DNA from: Rhodosorus marinus CCMP1338
Lineage: Eukaryota; Plantae; Rhodophyta
NCBI GenBank assembly: GCA_029953675.1
Contig: JAMWBK010000007.1
Location: forward strand, 1,054,001-1,118,000
Length of the DNA: 64,000 nt
Direction of reading: 5' to 3'
The translations under genes were made by a program, and so were the position numbers. Positions 11,198-24,775 of the stretch are shown one piece after another. Below the pieces are notes generated by a model. It searched no databases and was not told where the DNA came from. It saw only the letters and a program-made list of their open reading frames with translations. How positions within the stretch are numbered: the first letter of the stretch is position 1; every line of letters begins with the position of its first letter.

Positions 11198-14100
11198 ATG
11201 GACGATTCCGTGGGAAGCGACTCTGTGAGTCTCGAGGCAGTGAAGGCGTCGTATAACAGCAAGGTGAAAAGGAGGAGTGTTCATACTGCGATTTCATATT
11301 CGCTAAAGGATTCGAGAAGGCGATGGGGTTCCTACGCTTTGGATATCTTCGTAATTGCGATGGTTTGTTTTGTCCTGGTTCTGATGCGAGGGATTTCTTC
11401 GAGGACGCCTGTATTATATACCAACTTTGCAGAGCGACGAGTGGGAGAGGGTGACCTCCTTCTTCAACCGAATCCAGCTGCGGCAGTGCGTAAAAGTCCA
11501 GGCTCTCCTCTGCCTGACATCTGCGATTGTGATGACCTCGTGCTTGGGAATTTCCTCCCGGTCCGGTCCTTGGGTCCGGTCCTCACCCGCATACAATCGA
11601 GCAGTGAGAACATGATGGGTTTCTTTTCTAGAAACCTGTTTCTCGCCTCAGTGGCTGGAAAGGAAGCAGACCGCTCGTCCAGTTCAAGGGTTACGTTGAT
11701 GTTCTACGACCACGATAAGGAAGATGCTATCAATGTGGGGAAGCGCTGGCATTTTCGAAAACTGGGCGAACAGGAAGCTTTTGCCAATGATGTGGTTAGC
11801 ATGCAGAAGAAATGCTCTGTATTGTGGTTGTTAAGGAGGAGGCAGAAGGCCTTTTCCTTCCTTCCGTCCTTCCTCACCTGAAAATTTCGATCTTTTGCTT
11901 GAGCAGGTTCTACGTCTTATCAATGTAGTGGCAGCTATGGGGGAACGTGCAGATCTGACCATCGAACTCTCAATATTTCTCTCAATTCTCGACTCCGTGC
12001 TTTCCGCTCGCGGTGAGCCTATTCTCTTTTCCGACAATCAAATGGCGCTTCTGCAAAAGGACGACGAGTCTTATATCGGAATTCGAGTAGACGCCATTGG
12101 AGCGGGAGATACAGATGATACATTCTCATGTATGTAGCACCAGACGCCCGCACGACGCCGCTTCCTCTATCACTAATTCTCATAGCTAGACATGGCTCGG
12201 TTTTGTTGGATGTATCTGGACAGCAAATGGACTAGGTGTCGAGGTTGTCGAGGGTAATGAGTATTTGGTGATGTCCGTAAATCAAGCTATTGGTATTGCG
12301 TTTGGCGGGGATGCAGCACAACTGGCGACTGAAGTTGCTATTGCAGATTCAGTTGCCGGGTCCGGGGGTAAATGGTACCTTAGTTTCTTCTAATGAGGGC
12401 AAGAACTCTTGGGGACATAGCGCTGAAGTATTCTGGCTCGTGCTACTCGCTTAGGTCGTCCGCATTGGGCAACGTTGTCGCCCTGGAAAAGGCCCACTTC
12501 GAGCTCCTTCTGAGGGACATCTTGAGGAAGTTGAGAGAGTCAAATGAGTTTACTGTGCAGGACCTAGAGAAGTGTTTTCAGGTCGTTGTCCCTGATCCTG
12601 AGGTACCATCCGCTAATGGATTCTCCAGGAAACAGTGGCTTCAAAATCAAGCTCGTTTTGAGCAGAGCTGCGGCACTGACGCTACATCTAGAAGTCTGGA
12701 GACTATTCGCGAGGACTTCGTTTCGTTGAGGCAGGGTCCTCTTGGTGAGCTGTTCCAGGTTCCACCCTCGCTTGGTCAGGTTCTGAGATTGATAGAGGAT
12801 ATCTGGAGGGGCTTTGGTGCCGACTCTCCTCTATCGCCCGCGCTGCTGGAGGAATGTATTGCTCCTATCTTCGTCAATTTAAGCATTGATATGCTGACCA
12901 ACAGCACCAAGGGTGAGCGTAAATCTAGGTCTATCCAACAGAAACGGATCTCCGTAGCTTATTTGGTAAACTGCGGTTGTATGTCAGGTATGAACGTTGA
13001 AGATTTCACTTCTCAAGTAATCGTCCTGCACGAGCAGAGATCGGATCTTTATAGTGGTGGACTGCAGAGCAGCCGCAGACAACTCAGCGCGTTGGCGGAC
13101 GAAGTTTCCGTTGCTCTTGGTGTTGACTACGCAGTGAATATCACAACTCCTGTTCTCGACGATCTGGAGTTCAATGAAGTCGTCTCAATTCTCATCGATC
13201 AAATATTCTTCATCGTGTTCGTTTGCATTATGCTATTGACGACGCTGCTGCTCTTTTCGATAGCCACTTTTGACGTGGGTTGGAACGTAACACAACTATG
13301 TTGATGTCAAATTTGTGGAAAAAGTCTCACCGACTGTTTTCCTATGGTCCAGGCCGACAAACGCAGTTATGAATACGCGATGCTTCGCACGCTGGGATTG
13401 AGGACGAAAGAACTGATTATCATGGTAGTAAGCAAGGGATTGCAAATCACTATACCTGCCCTCCTACTGGGACTTGCGTTCGCACTTCTGGGCTTGCTGC
13501 TGGTTGACTTAGTATTGGAGTCGGTAGCTGGGGTAAGTTCTACCTCCGCGCTTTTTGGCTTTCCAGATGATCACTTTAGCAAGACGTGAAGGCTTCGCCG
13601 CCCGGCGGAAATACCAGGGAGAAGCCTAGTTAACAACCTTTCGCTGAACAATAATCCGTTTCTCCTTGCTATCAACCAGGGTGAGGTTGACCTGAATCTG
13701 GATGCTGGGTTTTTCATTGTGGCTGTGTTAGCTGGATTTGTAATTCCATTCTTGGCCCATACGTTGCCGTCGCGCATGGCGCTCGCAAAATCGCTTAATA
13801 CTGCCATTGACATTTCCAGGCACAAGCAGTCCGAGATGAAGGTGTCGAGCCGGAATACCCATTGAAGTTTGTTGCAAATCCACTTGCTGACGAAGAATTG
13901 AACTGTTCTTGGACTCGATTTTGTTAGGTTGTATGGAAAAACCCACGAAAATTTAACGTCGAGTTTCTACTGGTCATCGTCGGGCTCGTTTTGGTTACTT
14001 TTGGGGCCATCTTCTTTTACGGAATTCCGAGATCCTTCAATGACGGGAATCTGAGCCTATTCCTCGGGCTTCTCAACGTGATCATCATGGGCATGCTTTT

Positions 14101-15988
14101 TTCTTTGTCAGTCATCGTCCAGCTTTTGTCTCCACTGTGTGAGAGGGCTTTCAGCTACATACTGATGCCCCCTGGAGTAAGTGGCTCGCTTACTAACGCC
14201 AGAGATCTTCACTTTTGCTGGAGGGGAGCAAAATTCAAGACAACCAATCTAACGGAGTGGCTGTCGCTCCCCGACTTTGAAGACCAGGGACGCAAGAATG
14301 CGGAGCGTGGTGATGCGGCAGCTGTTCACTCATCGGCCCAAGACAAGGAATAGCTCGATAATGTATACGATAGCCCTTGGCTTCTTCATCTTTTCTGGCT
14401 CCCTCGTTTTGCAGCAGAGCTTGGGAATCAATATTTACCTGCAGGAGTTCAGCGGGTCGGATGTTCGGGCGTTTCGAGTTGATTCAGAAGAACTCAACGT
14501 TGATGCGATCAATCCAGTCCTTGACAACCTCGTTGAACGGGGTGTGGTCGAGGATTTCACCTTTGTGACCCCTCCAGCACGTATAGTACGTACTGCAACA
14601 CCATTTCTGTGATACAAGCGCGACTTGGTACCTCTCGAGCTGTTTGTGAAGTATCTTTCATCTGCTAATTGCCCAGTGTCACGTTTTCCGAGCAGGGCCT
14701 GAGTCAGGTTGTTGGCGAGGGCTTGGGGAGGCTGAGAGTCTACGGGCTGCAAGACAATTTCTTCAAAGTTGTGCCCGAAAACCTTGTTCAAGTTCATCAG
14801 ACTGCAGCGGACTATTCCAGCATACGTGACCTTGACGATTTCTTTCTGCAGGATTCCGGGGCTGTTCCAAGAGCGTTTGGAGATGTGCCTTACAGTGACC
14901 GGTTACCATCGATTCTGTCTGGTCGGTGAGTTGGATCTGATTCGAACTGGTCCAAATTGGATCCATCATCGCGGGCTCCTTATGTTTCCGCAACCCGTGT
15001 CCGTATGCTCCAATCTCTTCAGGTCTGAAGAGGTCAGCGATGATGCGACACCAATACTAATCGGAGCAGCAAGTGCACTTGAACCTGCGATCGGAGTGTC
15101 AACAGGTGTTCCCTTGCTCGCGACTAGGAGGGAAAATTTTGCTGTGTCTCATGCCAGCGTGCTTTTCACGAAGGTACCCAAGGCGATTAGCGGAACTTCT
15201 TTTCCATTTGTAGTCCGCTGATTCACTGGGACGGCCACTGCAGGTCCCGACTCTCTTCTTCTCAGGCTTACAGGCGGTCGCTGGTGAAACTAGCGTATTG
15301 GTTTCAGAGAACAAGTTTGGAGAGCTCCTTGGCAACAGCAATGATGGAAGCAAAAAGGAGTCGCTTCTCATCAAGCTGAGGGGCGACAGCGAAGAGGAGT
15401 TGAGGTCAAATTCGTTGGTTGTAGAAGGCTCTCTTTACAGCTCGGTAGAGGACGAACTCGTCGTAAGCTACAGCCGCTCTGTCTCTAACTGTTCGAGCTC
15501 AGGACTAACCGGAACGTGTATGGATGTGTCCTCAGGTCCTGAACGCCGTGGAACTTTTGGATTCGGTGTCCACTGTCTCTAACTCGTTGAACGTTTACTT
15601 CATAATTATCGGTATAGTCTCAATTGTCCTGTGCTTTGTTATGCTGTGGACTACCGTTGCAGCGAACGTGTCCGAAGGAAAGTGGGAGCTTGCGGTGATG
15701 AGGTCTATCGGGTTCACAAAGCTCCAGATTATTCGGGTGCATGTCTATGAGAACCTTTTACAAGTGTTCACTTCGACCATACTCGGAACCGCTTCAGGGG
15801 TGCTAGTATCGTTGACGTTGGCACTGCAATACTCGATCTTTCAGGAGAGGCCACCAACGCTACCCTTTCCATGGGCTCTTTTCTTCCTGCTCGTCGGTTT
15901 GAGCCTGTTGACCGCCATTATCGCACCGGCTGTGATCGTCTCGAACACTTACGTGAAGGGAATCGCAGCGACTCTCAGAAGCATTTAG
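11198..15988 (+). CDS. Multi-exon FtsX/MacB-like (ABC3-type) permease-domain membrane protein
   Basis: N-terminal TM after AISYSLKDSRRRWGSY. Two FtsX-like C-domains: KRSYEYAMLRTLGLRTKELIIMVV (13360-13430) and NVSEGKWELAVMRSIGFTKLQIIRVHVYE (15665-15750), each followed by TM helices. Chained ORFs are separated by short GT..AG introns; exon limits approximate. Confidence 0.85.
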
Positions 15989-16412
15989 GTGTCGTACTCT
16001 CGTTCAAAGTCTTGTTTATTTAAAAGCAGCAGATGCGGTTGTGTTCAAGGCAGACGGAAGTCGCAAGCCGTTTGCTGCACGGAAAATCAACCACAAGGTC
16101 TTACTGTTTTCTTTTCGCGGGGCATCGGAATCAGCCCAGGTACCTCGATCTTCACGGCCAAATCCAGCGTTCAACAGTATGCACTTTGTGGATTCAGAAG
16201 ATGCAAACCGGACTGAGCTCACTACCATAGCGCTTGAGTACCTTTACTGGGCATAGGAGTATGCGCTGGGCTACCGCCATTAGCTCTGTCAGTGCTTTCC
16301 GGAGGGAATCCTTGGGAGGCTGTAGCTTGAAGCAGTCTCATGAGAGTTTTTATCCTCCAAGTTTGTTAGTCAAAGCCTCACTCACTGTCGTCGAGGGACA
16401 CGCGGGTTGTTG

Positions 16413-19361
16413 TTACACTTCGCCTTCGTCTCTCATTTCAGCGCCTGCGGCGGGGTCAGTGCCAAGCTTGCTCAGGATTTCGTTCTTGCGCTTTTGCAGC
16501 TCGTCCAGCTTATCATCCCCATCGACCTTCTTCTTCTTCACGTCACCGTTCGCCTCCTCTTTGTTTCCTTCTGACTCCCGATGTCTCTTCCGCCGTCGCT
16601 CTTCTTTCTCGCTCCTATAAGCGACGTACTCATTGAAAGACTTTTCCACTAATTCCTCTCCTCCAAGTGCAACGAGATCTTTGTACGCTGACCGACCGGA
16701 TACAACGCCCTAAGAGAAGATCGGGCGAAACGAGAGCACAGCAGTCAGCACATGGTATTACTTCAACCGCCTCCTGGAACTTAAGATCACGGCCTACCTT
16801 TATCTCATGCCAAGAAGTTTTCTCGTTAACTTCCTTACGCCGAAGAAGATCCCAATAGTCCTCCTTTATCCGTTGCACTCTCTTCTCCTCCTTCTTCTTC
16901 GCCACGATGAGTTTTTCTTGTTGTCTGGTAAACAAACCTTCCGCGTAGAACTTTGAGATCTTGTTCTCCTCAAGCGCGGGTTGGGTCTTCTCCCATATTG
17001 AGGTAAACGTTGTGTCTAGCTCCACGGTTAACCCAGAGTCCTTCAAAATTGATCGGAATTTATCCTTGTGTCTGGCCATCTTCCCTTCAATGGCATCAAT
17101 AACGTCTCTGTACAAGTCGGAAGTCTTCATTTCCTGGTCTACTATAGATGCGAACCACTCCTTCTCCTTCAAATTCGGCAACTCGTCCTTGTATCTCGCG
17201 GTCAGCTCGATTTCTCCGTTCATGATCAGCTCTTCCAGCTTCTCTCGGAAGGCTCCACGCTTTGCCCGTTCCTGGGCACGTTTGCGCTCCTTCTCCTTCG
17301 CGCGTACCTGTGAACATCGAGCGAAGAAAGAAAGCATCAAAACCCGATCAGGGCTCGCTCTCCACGCGAAAAAGAGGTCAAAAACTAGAAACTTAGAACA
17401 CGTCCATACCTCCATAACTTTAGCTCTCTGTTCCTTCTGCCATTCATCGTAGATGATTGACCGATCAGGTTCATCCAAAGCAAGAAAGGTTGGATCCTTC
17501 TCGAGGACATCGCAAACTTGTCGAAACGAAGTTCGCTCGTGGAAAGGCGGCGCTTCTCCTGACGACTTCTTGTCCAGCACAGCACGAAGAGCTGCCATGT
17601 TTTCCTTTCGCTTCGCTCGCTGTACGTCTCGCATTCGTCGCTCCCGGTCAATGAAAAAGCTTCTGATCATGCTCCTCCTCTCGTGGTGATCTGCAACAGC
17701 CTTGTACCTCGGATCCTCCTCCACCATCCGAACGGTGGCCGATGAGCAATCCTCCAGGCTTCTCGCCTTGTGGCTTTCGTTCTTCAAGTGCTCCTCCAGC
17801 ATCTCGAGAAGCTCATCGTAACTCCTCCGGGTTTCCAAGATACGTTTGACCTTCGCTGTCTTCGTTGCCTGTACGGATCAAATTCACAAAAGAGCGATAT
17901 CGTGGAGATCGGAGAGATGAGAAACCGTCTAACTCGCTATGAGAGACTGCAGCTGGAAATCAAAACTGTGTACCTGAGATACGTAAATGACAAAGGCGTT
18001 ATGCCTACGCCCGTAGCTTGACAAAACAAAGTAACGAGGATCCGCAGAACAAATTTTCATCGTTTCCAGCCAGCGGTTTTCGTGAGTAATTCCACACTCC
18101 TCCAGCACCGACTTGAACAGTTTGGTTTTCTCAATATCGGTCATACTAGAGAGATCGATGCTCTCCATCACATCTGCCTTTCTCGCCCTCTTCTTCTCGT
18201 TCTCTGTGATGAAATACAACTCCGCTGCCTTGTCATTCAATGGGCGGCCTTTCTCGTCCCTAGGTCGAGTGACACCCCCTCGTCTTCTTGATGGTCTTCG
18301 ATCGTCCGTTTTCCTCCCTGACGCCATATAAAGCAAACATGCAGGCCGGGAATTCAGCGTTCATGTCCGCGCTGCTTCGGCACTCTCTTGCTGGAGCTTT
18401 GACCTTACCTCTATCGGACGGTTTGGATGACGATTTCTCGTCGTCCAGAGCTGGATTGGTCCACTTGGTTTCGTTCGTTTTAGGGTTGTGGTAGTATTTC
18501 TTTCCTTCCGGAGTCTCGTACTCTTTCCATTCAGACGCTGGTTTCTCTACGACGCGATGTTTCTGAGGTGGTTTCTCTATAGGAGCCATTTCGGGACCTG
18601 ATTTGGATGGTTTCTCCCACCGCGTTTCTCGCGTCGATGGGTTGTGATAGTAGACCCGTCCTTCAGGAGTTTTGTACTCGAGCCATCCTTCGAAAAGGTC
18701 TGAGTCTGGAGCTTTCTGCGGAGGTACCTCAACAGGTTCCGTCACCACGGGCTTGGCCTCCACCGTACTGCTGGGAACGGGTGTGATTGGCAACGACGCG
18801 ACGGGAGCCTCGGTTTCCGGCTTTTCCCACCGGGTTTCGCCCGTTTGTGCGTGGTAATAGTAGACCCTTCCATCCGCGGCCGTCGCTTCCTTCCACTCCG
18901 GAATGGTTTGTTGCGGGGGCTCGCTACTTCGTACGGCCGCAAAGGCAACAGGTGGTGCTTGACTTTGAGGTACCGCACTAACCGGCTCAGGCAGTCCTAC
19001 AACGGGCTTGTCCCACCTAGTCTCCTGAGTAGTTACATTATACCAATACTATCAAAAGAACGTGGACGTGCTTAGAACAATATTTCGACTCGGATTTCCC
19101 GAAACTCGGTTGTTCCTAAATTGATGAAAACAAAATTGTTTTGAAATGTTTCAGCGCCCTCATCCCCACCTTTCTGCCATCATGCGCAGCAGCTTCGGCC
19201 CACCCGGGAGCCAACCCATCCCCATGAACCCCGGGCACGGGTTCTCGAGAAGGAGGCGGTGCCGAAGACGTCGCCGTAGGCAATGACATCGTACTCGAAT
19301 CCCCATCTCCCCCTTTCTGCATCCATGCAGGAACGGTCCTCCCACGTCCTCTCCCAGCCAT
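16413..19361 (-). CDS. PRP40: Pre-mRNA processing factor 40-like protein (4 WW domains plus FF repeats)
   Basis: WW motifs GWAEAAAHDGRK/YWYNVTTQETRWDKP (split by intron 19049-19169), EWKEATAADGRVYYYHAQTGETRWEKP, GWLEYKTPEGRVYYHNPSTRETRWEKP and EWKEYETPEGKKYYHNPKTNETKWTNP. FF repeats include FKSVLEECGITHENRW..DPRY and DPRYKAV..ERRSMI; Lys/Arg-rich C-tail. Confidence 0.92.
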
Positions 19362-20740
19362 CCTTTCCCAACCCAAAACCTCCCCTCTCAGCCCAGACCA
19401 GCCTACTAAATTCCACCTCTATATTCACCACACCCTCCGACCACCCCCCACTCGCAACCTTCACAAACCTTATCTCCCTACTCACTCAAACACTCCCTCG
19501 CTTTCTCCTCTTAAGCAAATCCTACTACACCTACAGAAATGCCAATTGCGCAGACATTGATCCACACCATCCGCTAAGCCAACCCCCCACACCGTCCCCA
19601 ATGAAGAAGTGCCGGAAACAGTTGTGGATTTTCGCTTGGATGAAATATAAAACAGCAGATCTAGAGGAGTTTGTTTCTTTACCCTCCCCGATGCATCCAC
19701 CTCGCACTCGCAATCTCTCTCTCTCTATCTTCTAAAACAAATCCCATAAACCTACTGGCAACCGTCCCAAGCTTTGCTATGCAACTCGTGATTAGATACC
19801 AACGTACAAATTCGCCATCCCCACCAGCCTCGCTCTCGCATCCGATCCCCGATGAGGGCGGAGGAGAGAGAGAGAGAGACGGAGGGAGGGAGCGGAGAGG
19901 GAGACGGAGATCTCTAGAGGTTAACTTTTCTCATCTGAGTTAGCTTGTGAAGGCATCCGATTTTATATGGACGTAATCGTTTTCTTCTCTTAGAGCCTAC
20001 GACAACAAGGTTTTATCTGTATGCCTTTTCCTCCCCCTCCCAAGAACGGTGGTGTAGGTTTGGGACATGTCCCGGAGTGTCCCACTTGATTATGTCCCGT
20101 TTATATTTCTTCATCTAAAGGAATTAAGTATATCCAATTAATACGTTGACTAGGAGGCTTATTATTGTTGAAGGATTTTGATTGGGTTAAATAGTACTAT
20201 TGGTGGTCACTACGTTCTATGATTGGTTTAAGGTTTCTTTGTTTTGCTTGGATTGGCTGAAGGAAAGCTAAGAGCCTCATTCCGGGAAAAAACTTCCGCG
20301 AGGACGTATTGCATCGAGAGGAGAGCCACAAGCGCGTGACTAGCCATGTAAAACGAACACCAGCAAAACGTGAAGCTACCGATAGTCCTCTGATGGCTAT
20401 GATGAGAACAAATCATGACATGTTCCTCCGCAAATGCACAGTTCCCGCAAACGGAGGCCTTAGCCGAGGATGAGTGTCTTGGGTTTTAGCTGATTGGTTT
20501 GGCGACAAAGGTCTGTCACTGTCCATGTTGCAACTCGTCCCATAAGCTTCCAAAGGCAACTGGGTAGAGTCACGTTGGTCTACAACCGGTTGCGTGGTAA
20601 CTGTTGACTTTGGCCTCTCCGCCGGTGCCTCAGCGGGTTCTCTGAGAGGGCGATCCTTTTACTTCTCGACTTCCACTTGTGGAACGACAAAGATGACGGT
20701 TGGGTGAGAGTGAGTATGAAGTCGTGTGGTTTTTGGTCGT

Positions 20741-21589
20741 TCAGCCCGGTGGCCAGGAGAGCTGGCGACCACCAAGAACGTGGAGGTGGAGATGGTAGAC
20801 GCTCTGGCATCCTTCCTGTGAGCGGGTTAGGAGCGAGATCTGTTGGTCTGAGTTATTTGTGAAAGCGTTGTTTTGGTGGTGAGGTTTGGAATGTTGACAC
20901 TGTACCTTGCCGTTGTTAACTAGTTTTTTTGTTTTTTTGTTTGAGGGGAGTGGAGAAGGAGGAAACGGGTTTTCCATTAGTGTGAAGTTTCCTTGAGCGT
21001 ATCCGAATCGTTTGCTTTGGTGGTGGGGAGTATGGTCCTTACTGACAACTCGATAGCCGTTCCCTAGATTGTCAATCTCGGCAACTTTTTTAGACGTCAG
21101 CAGCAGGTGGCCGAGCAATTCTGCGTCTGTTTCGTCGGCTCGATCGAGCATACTTATCGTTTTCTTCGGGACTATTCCAATACAAAACTTCAAATCAGAG
21201 TGCTGTTCAAGTACATAAACTCGCACTTGATTGCATATACTTACTGACTAGAACATGAGTAGGTGCCTTCCATCGCACAATGAAGAGCAAAACGTGAGCA
21301 GTCAAACACACCGAAGGCATAGGGCAAGGTCAGTTTGTGGTGCCTAGCTTACTTGAGGACTAATATCCCGGAAAGCGAGACACTTTTCATCCTCGTAAAT
21401 GATATCAGCAGGAATCTCCTTCCTAACAATCTTCCCAAAGATCGTATCCTGAGGATCCTCCGTGGGAGCCTCCACCCCAGTCTCAGTCATCTGCAACCTA
21501 GCACTTCGCGTAAAGCACCTCCTCGAATTTGCGGATCTGCCTATGACCGCACTTCTAGACAACACTGCTAGTGACGGAATAAAATTCAT
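20741..21589 (-). CDS. HINT1: HIT-family nucleotide-binding protein (HINT-like), probably plastid-targeted; 5 exons
   Basis: [43 protein letters not shown]...[34 protein letters not shown] assembles in frame with exons 21589-21353, 21266-21245, 21171-21043, 20919-20906 and 20815-20741. HxHxH triad present; transit-like [15 protein letters not shown]. Confidence 0.95.
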
Positions 21590-22814
21590 TCCCTCTAAAT
21601 CCACTAGCGATCACACCTGACCAAGTTACGCTTCGCATACCCTCTCCGGCCAATCTCGAAACGCTCGCTCTCCAGTTGTTTTTACAAAAAGCAGTCTAAA
21701 ATCTCGCCGAGCGGGCACACTATCGATTACTAGAAAACTAGCGGCCACGGGAAGGTGCCTTAAGACATGAAAGAGGAACCGCAAGCATATGACTAGTTTC
21801 TTATCAGCAACCACTAAGAGCTAGTGGGCACTATCGAAAGATCCACGGAGTGCGCGTCCAACACAAGGCCCGCACTGCAACGTCCAGGAGTGAGGCAGAG
21901 GGAAGCGAACGGCCGATAAAGCGCACGAGGGGGATCTCGAAAGCACTCAAGAGGTCAGGCAGCTCCAGGACTATCTAGATATCCAAGAACAGCTATCACT
22001 TAGTGAACAAATCGGATGTGTCCGGCCCACGGGCGGAGTGGGCTGGGACGGGTGTAGGCTGCAATTCCTCAGCGTCGGTGAGGGCTTATACTTACGCCTC
22101 CTCTAAGCATTTTGCTGCAAGTAAATCACGACTGAAACGAAAAAACAGATAGATACCGATCGTCGAGAGGACATCTAAGCATCGTCACGGCAGCCCAATC
22201 CATCAAACGCCTTCCCCCCCCCCAAAGACTCCCCACACCAAAAAAACCAAAGTAACTAGTAAACACCTCATAAAACAAAACAAATTTCCAAATCAACCCC
22301 TATACAACGTATTCATTGGAGATTAATTTTGAAGTAGAATAATGTAAACGAATTATATACCTATAAATACACTTAGTACTATTAAATTGATTTTAATTGG
22401 ATGTATTAAGTTTAGAGATATTCTTAAATACCAATCAACGTATCGAATGTGTCAACGAACTTTTATTGTGGAGAAAAAGGAAAGAAGTTTTCAAGAAAGA
22501 TATTGAATTTTCGAAATCGCGCGGATGAGATGATCAGATGATCAGATGATCACATGATGATCCATTTGCGACGTTTTCGATTGAGATGGTGTGCAATGGC
22601 CGGTGGTGTGGAGTGTGGAGAGGGAAGGGAAGGAGGAGGATGGTGGATGTTGACTACTGTTAAGTCGATTGAGGAGGAGGTGGTTAACTTGTTTTCTGGC
22701 CTGGAGCAGTTTTTCGTTAGGGCGAGGGGGAGGGGGTGTTTGGTTTATAGCTTGGGGTTAACAACTATGACAGGATAGGTGATGGTGAGAATGGTTGTGG
22801 AAGATCGTTTAGGG

Positions 22815-23600
22815 ATGGAGTGGGTCTGCTTTTGTCCCGGGGTTGGTGCTGCGGGAGGTGGTGTCCGGAGTCGGGCGTTGGTGAAGCAGCGTCGGTCTGG
22901 AGGGGCTTGGTGTGGGAGACCGGAGAATGGGTCGGTGCGGATCGCCGAGGGGTCTGAGAGCTTGGTGGTAGTAAGGGCCGTTGGAAGAGAGGCGATCATT
23001 GTTGAGGAGGCGCCGAGCAGTGATGTTGTTCAGACAGCTAAGAACTTGATCGTATTCTTTTTGTACCTACTGGCTGCGTTTCTACTGGCCAGAAGATTAA
23101 TATACATTGAACCCATGGCCCAAGAGAGTATTATTGCAATCGCACTGGCGATGATCCTGCCAGATCTGGCCAGGTTCTCCTTCGTTATGGTCGGGAAGCC
23201 CCAGGGTGCGCAGCGAATTGCATCAGGCGAAAGCGGAGCTCTCGCCAGAGAATCGGACCTTGCCGAGCGGATTCTGCTATTTCTCACAAATGCTGTGAAG
23301 CTGGCTGGATTCTTCGTCGCCTCCAAGCTAATGCCATCCCAAGGAGCACTGCTAGTCATGGGGTCCGAAGTGGTGTTCAATATTTTCGTCCACCTGGGGG
23401 TCATATCGGCCGCACCGTATCAGTTCCGAAGCACGAACCGAATTTCAATTATTCTCATGGACATAACTGGGTTCGTGTTGCTTTCCTGCTGCAGACGCGG
23501 AATCGCACCCCTTGCCACTGCAACGGTGTTCTTCTCCATGGTCGTTGCGTACTGGCTCTCCAAGTATGACATCGACCTCCTGCCGCCAATGCGTGAATAA
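22815..23600 (+). CDS. Uncharacterised multi-pass membrane protein with plastid-transit-like N-terminus
   Basis: Intronless ORF. The N-terminus MEWVCFCPGVG.. is Arg/Ser/Gly-rich and is followed by about six hydrophobic segments. No family recognised. Confidence 0.75.
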   Translation: MEWVCFCPGVGAAGGGVRSRALVKQRRSGGAWCGRPENGSVRIAEGSESLVVVRAVGREAIIVEEAPSSDVVQTAKNLIVFFLYLLAAFLLARRLIYIEPMAQESIIAIALAMILPDLARFSFVMVGKPQGAQRIASGESGALARESDLAERILLFLTNAVKLAGFFVASKLMPSQGALLVMGSEVVFNIFVHLGVISAAPYQFRSTNRISIILMDITGFVLLSCCRRGIAPLATATVFFSMVVAYWLSKYDIDLLPPMRE

Positions 23601-24775
23601 AAACCCGCGAACGAAGAAACCCGAAACCCCATTTCTGAGTTGTGCTTGTCAAAAGCCTTCGGCTAGCCCCTCTCATCGTAAGCGCCGGCGCTCCGAAACC
23701 ATCCGGCGAACATAGATCTTCAGCCGGCAGGAGCTTATTGGAACACGAGCCTCGCAGGGTTGACTGTTCATCTTTTTCGATGGTACTACATGTCAGGAAT
23801 AATACAGAACGGGTCGATCTCATCCAGGGCTAGCCTTATTTCTGTCTCAGGACCCTTCCCATTGCAATCTTCCCAGGCTGATCGTTGTTTGGTGAGCGTC
23901 TTTGCGGCAGAAACAGAAATCCAGCACCCCCGATGCTTAACTCTAAACAGCTTGGAAGACCAAATGTTTCGGGCGCTCTGATAGATCTTGAACAGTGTCA
24001 CCGTTCATCAACCCCTTGCAACTCGCCTTCACCTCATCCCGCGGCTATCGAATGCTTTGTAGTCTTCTCGATAGTGAACGTTCCCGTTAGCCAAGTGGCC
24101 TCTTTCGTAGCAATAGAAAACGTCATGGTGGCCTCCTCACAGAACTGCTATTGACCCTCTGGCACGTTCCAACGTTGCTTTAACAGTTGCAAGCGTCCCA
24201 TCAGAGCCTTCCATCGCTCTTCTCAGTGTACTGTTTGCCGTCATCCGAACGGGATTGCTTGCAGGTCATCACAGAGAAGTGTTTGGGTAACGAATTTGCT
24301 ATTACAAGCGAAGCAACTCTTTGACGCCGAGATCCAGCAGGTCCTGATAGCCCCCCAAGCCCGGGCACTGTCTTTGATCCTCTTGGGGATGGATAACATT
24401 GCTCTATTGTTCACAAGCGCGTCATATCACCGCCTCGGAGCAGAGAGTAGCAGTAAGCGACAGCAGGTCAACGCGAAACATCGATCATCAAAAGAGAGCT
24501 AGGAACGTTTTCAGGTCTACGGGGGAAAGAGCATTACAGGAAGCGTTTGGGTGGGTAGTGTCGACAACAAGAGCCTTTCCTCTTCTTCGAAGAGGGTCTG
24601 TTTCTTTGAATAAGTATTGAAGTTGAATCAAGAGGTTTCTAGTCTTGTTTGGAAACTCATAGTTCCTGAAGGAACCAGCTGTTTTTGGATACGATCAAGT
24701 TGCTGGGTAGAAGTTCCGAGCAGCCTGGTTTGAGGCTACAGTCAGTGGAATGAGTTTTATATGTGATCGTTGAAG

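Noticed and set aside
20228-20460. CGNC..H..C zinc-knuckle-like stretch
   Set aside because: Isolated short motif with no flanking retroelement or gene evidence.
22525-22562. (AGATGATC)n run resembling the retroelement tail
   Set aside because: It is an 8-bp simple repeat without the AATAAACGG terminus or a TSD.
23640-24700. Protein-like stretches on both strands (possible gene, Harbinger-like remnant or stop-codon readthrough)
   Set aside because: The minus frame has stops at roughly random frequency and no motif could be assigned; no consistent splice model was found. Left unannotated.
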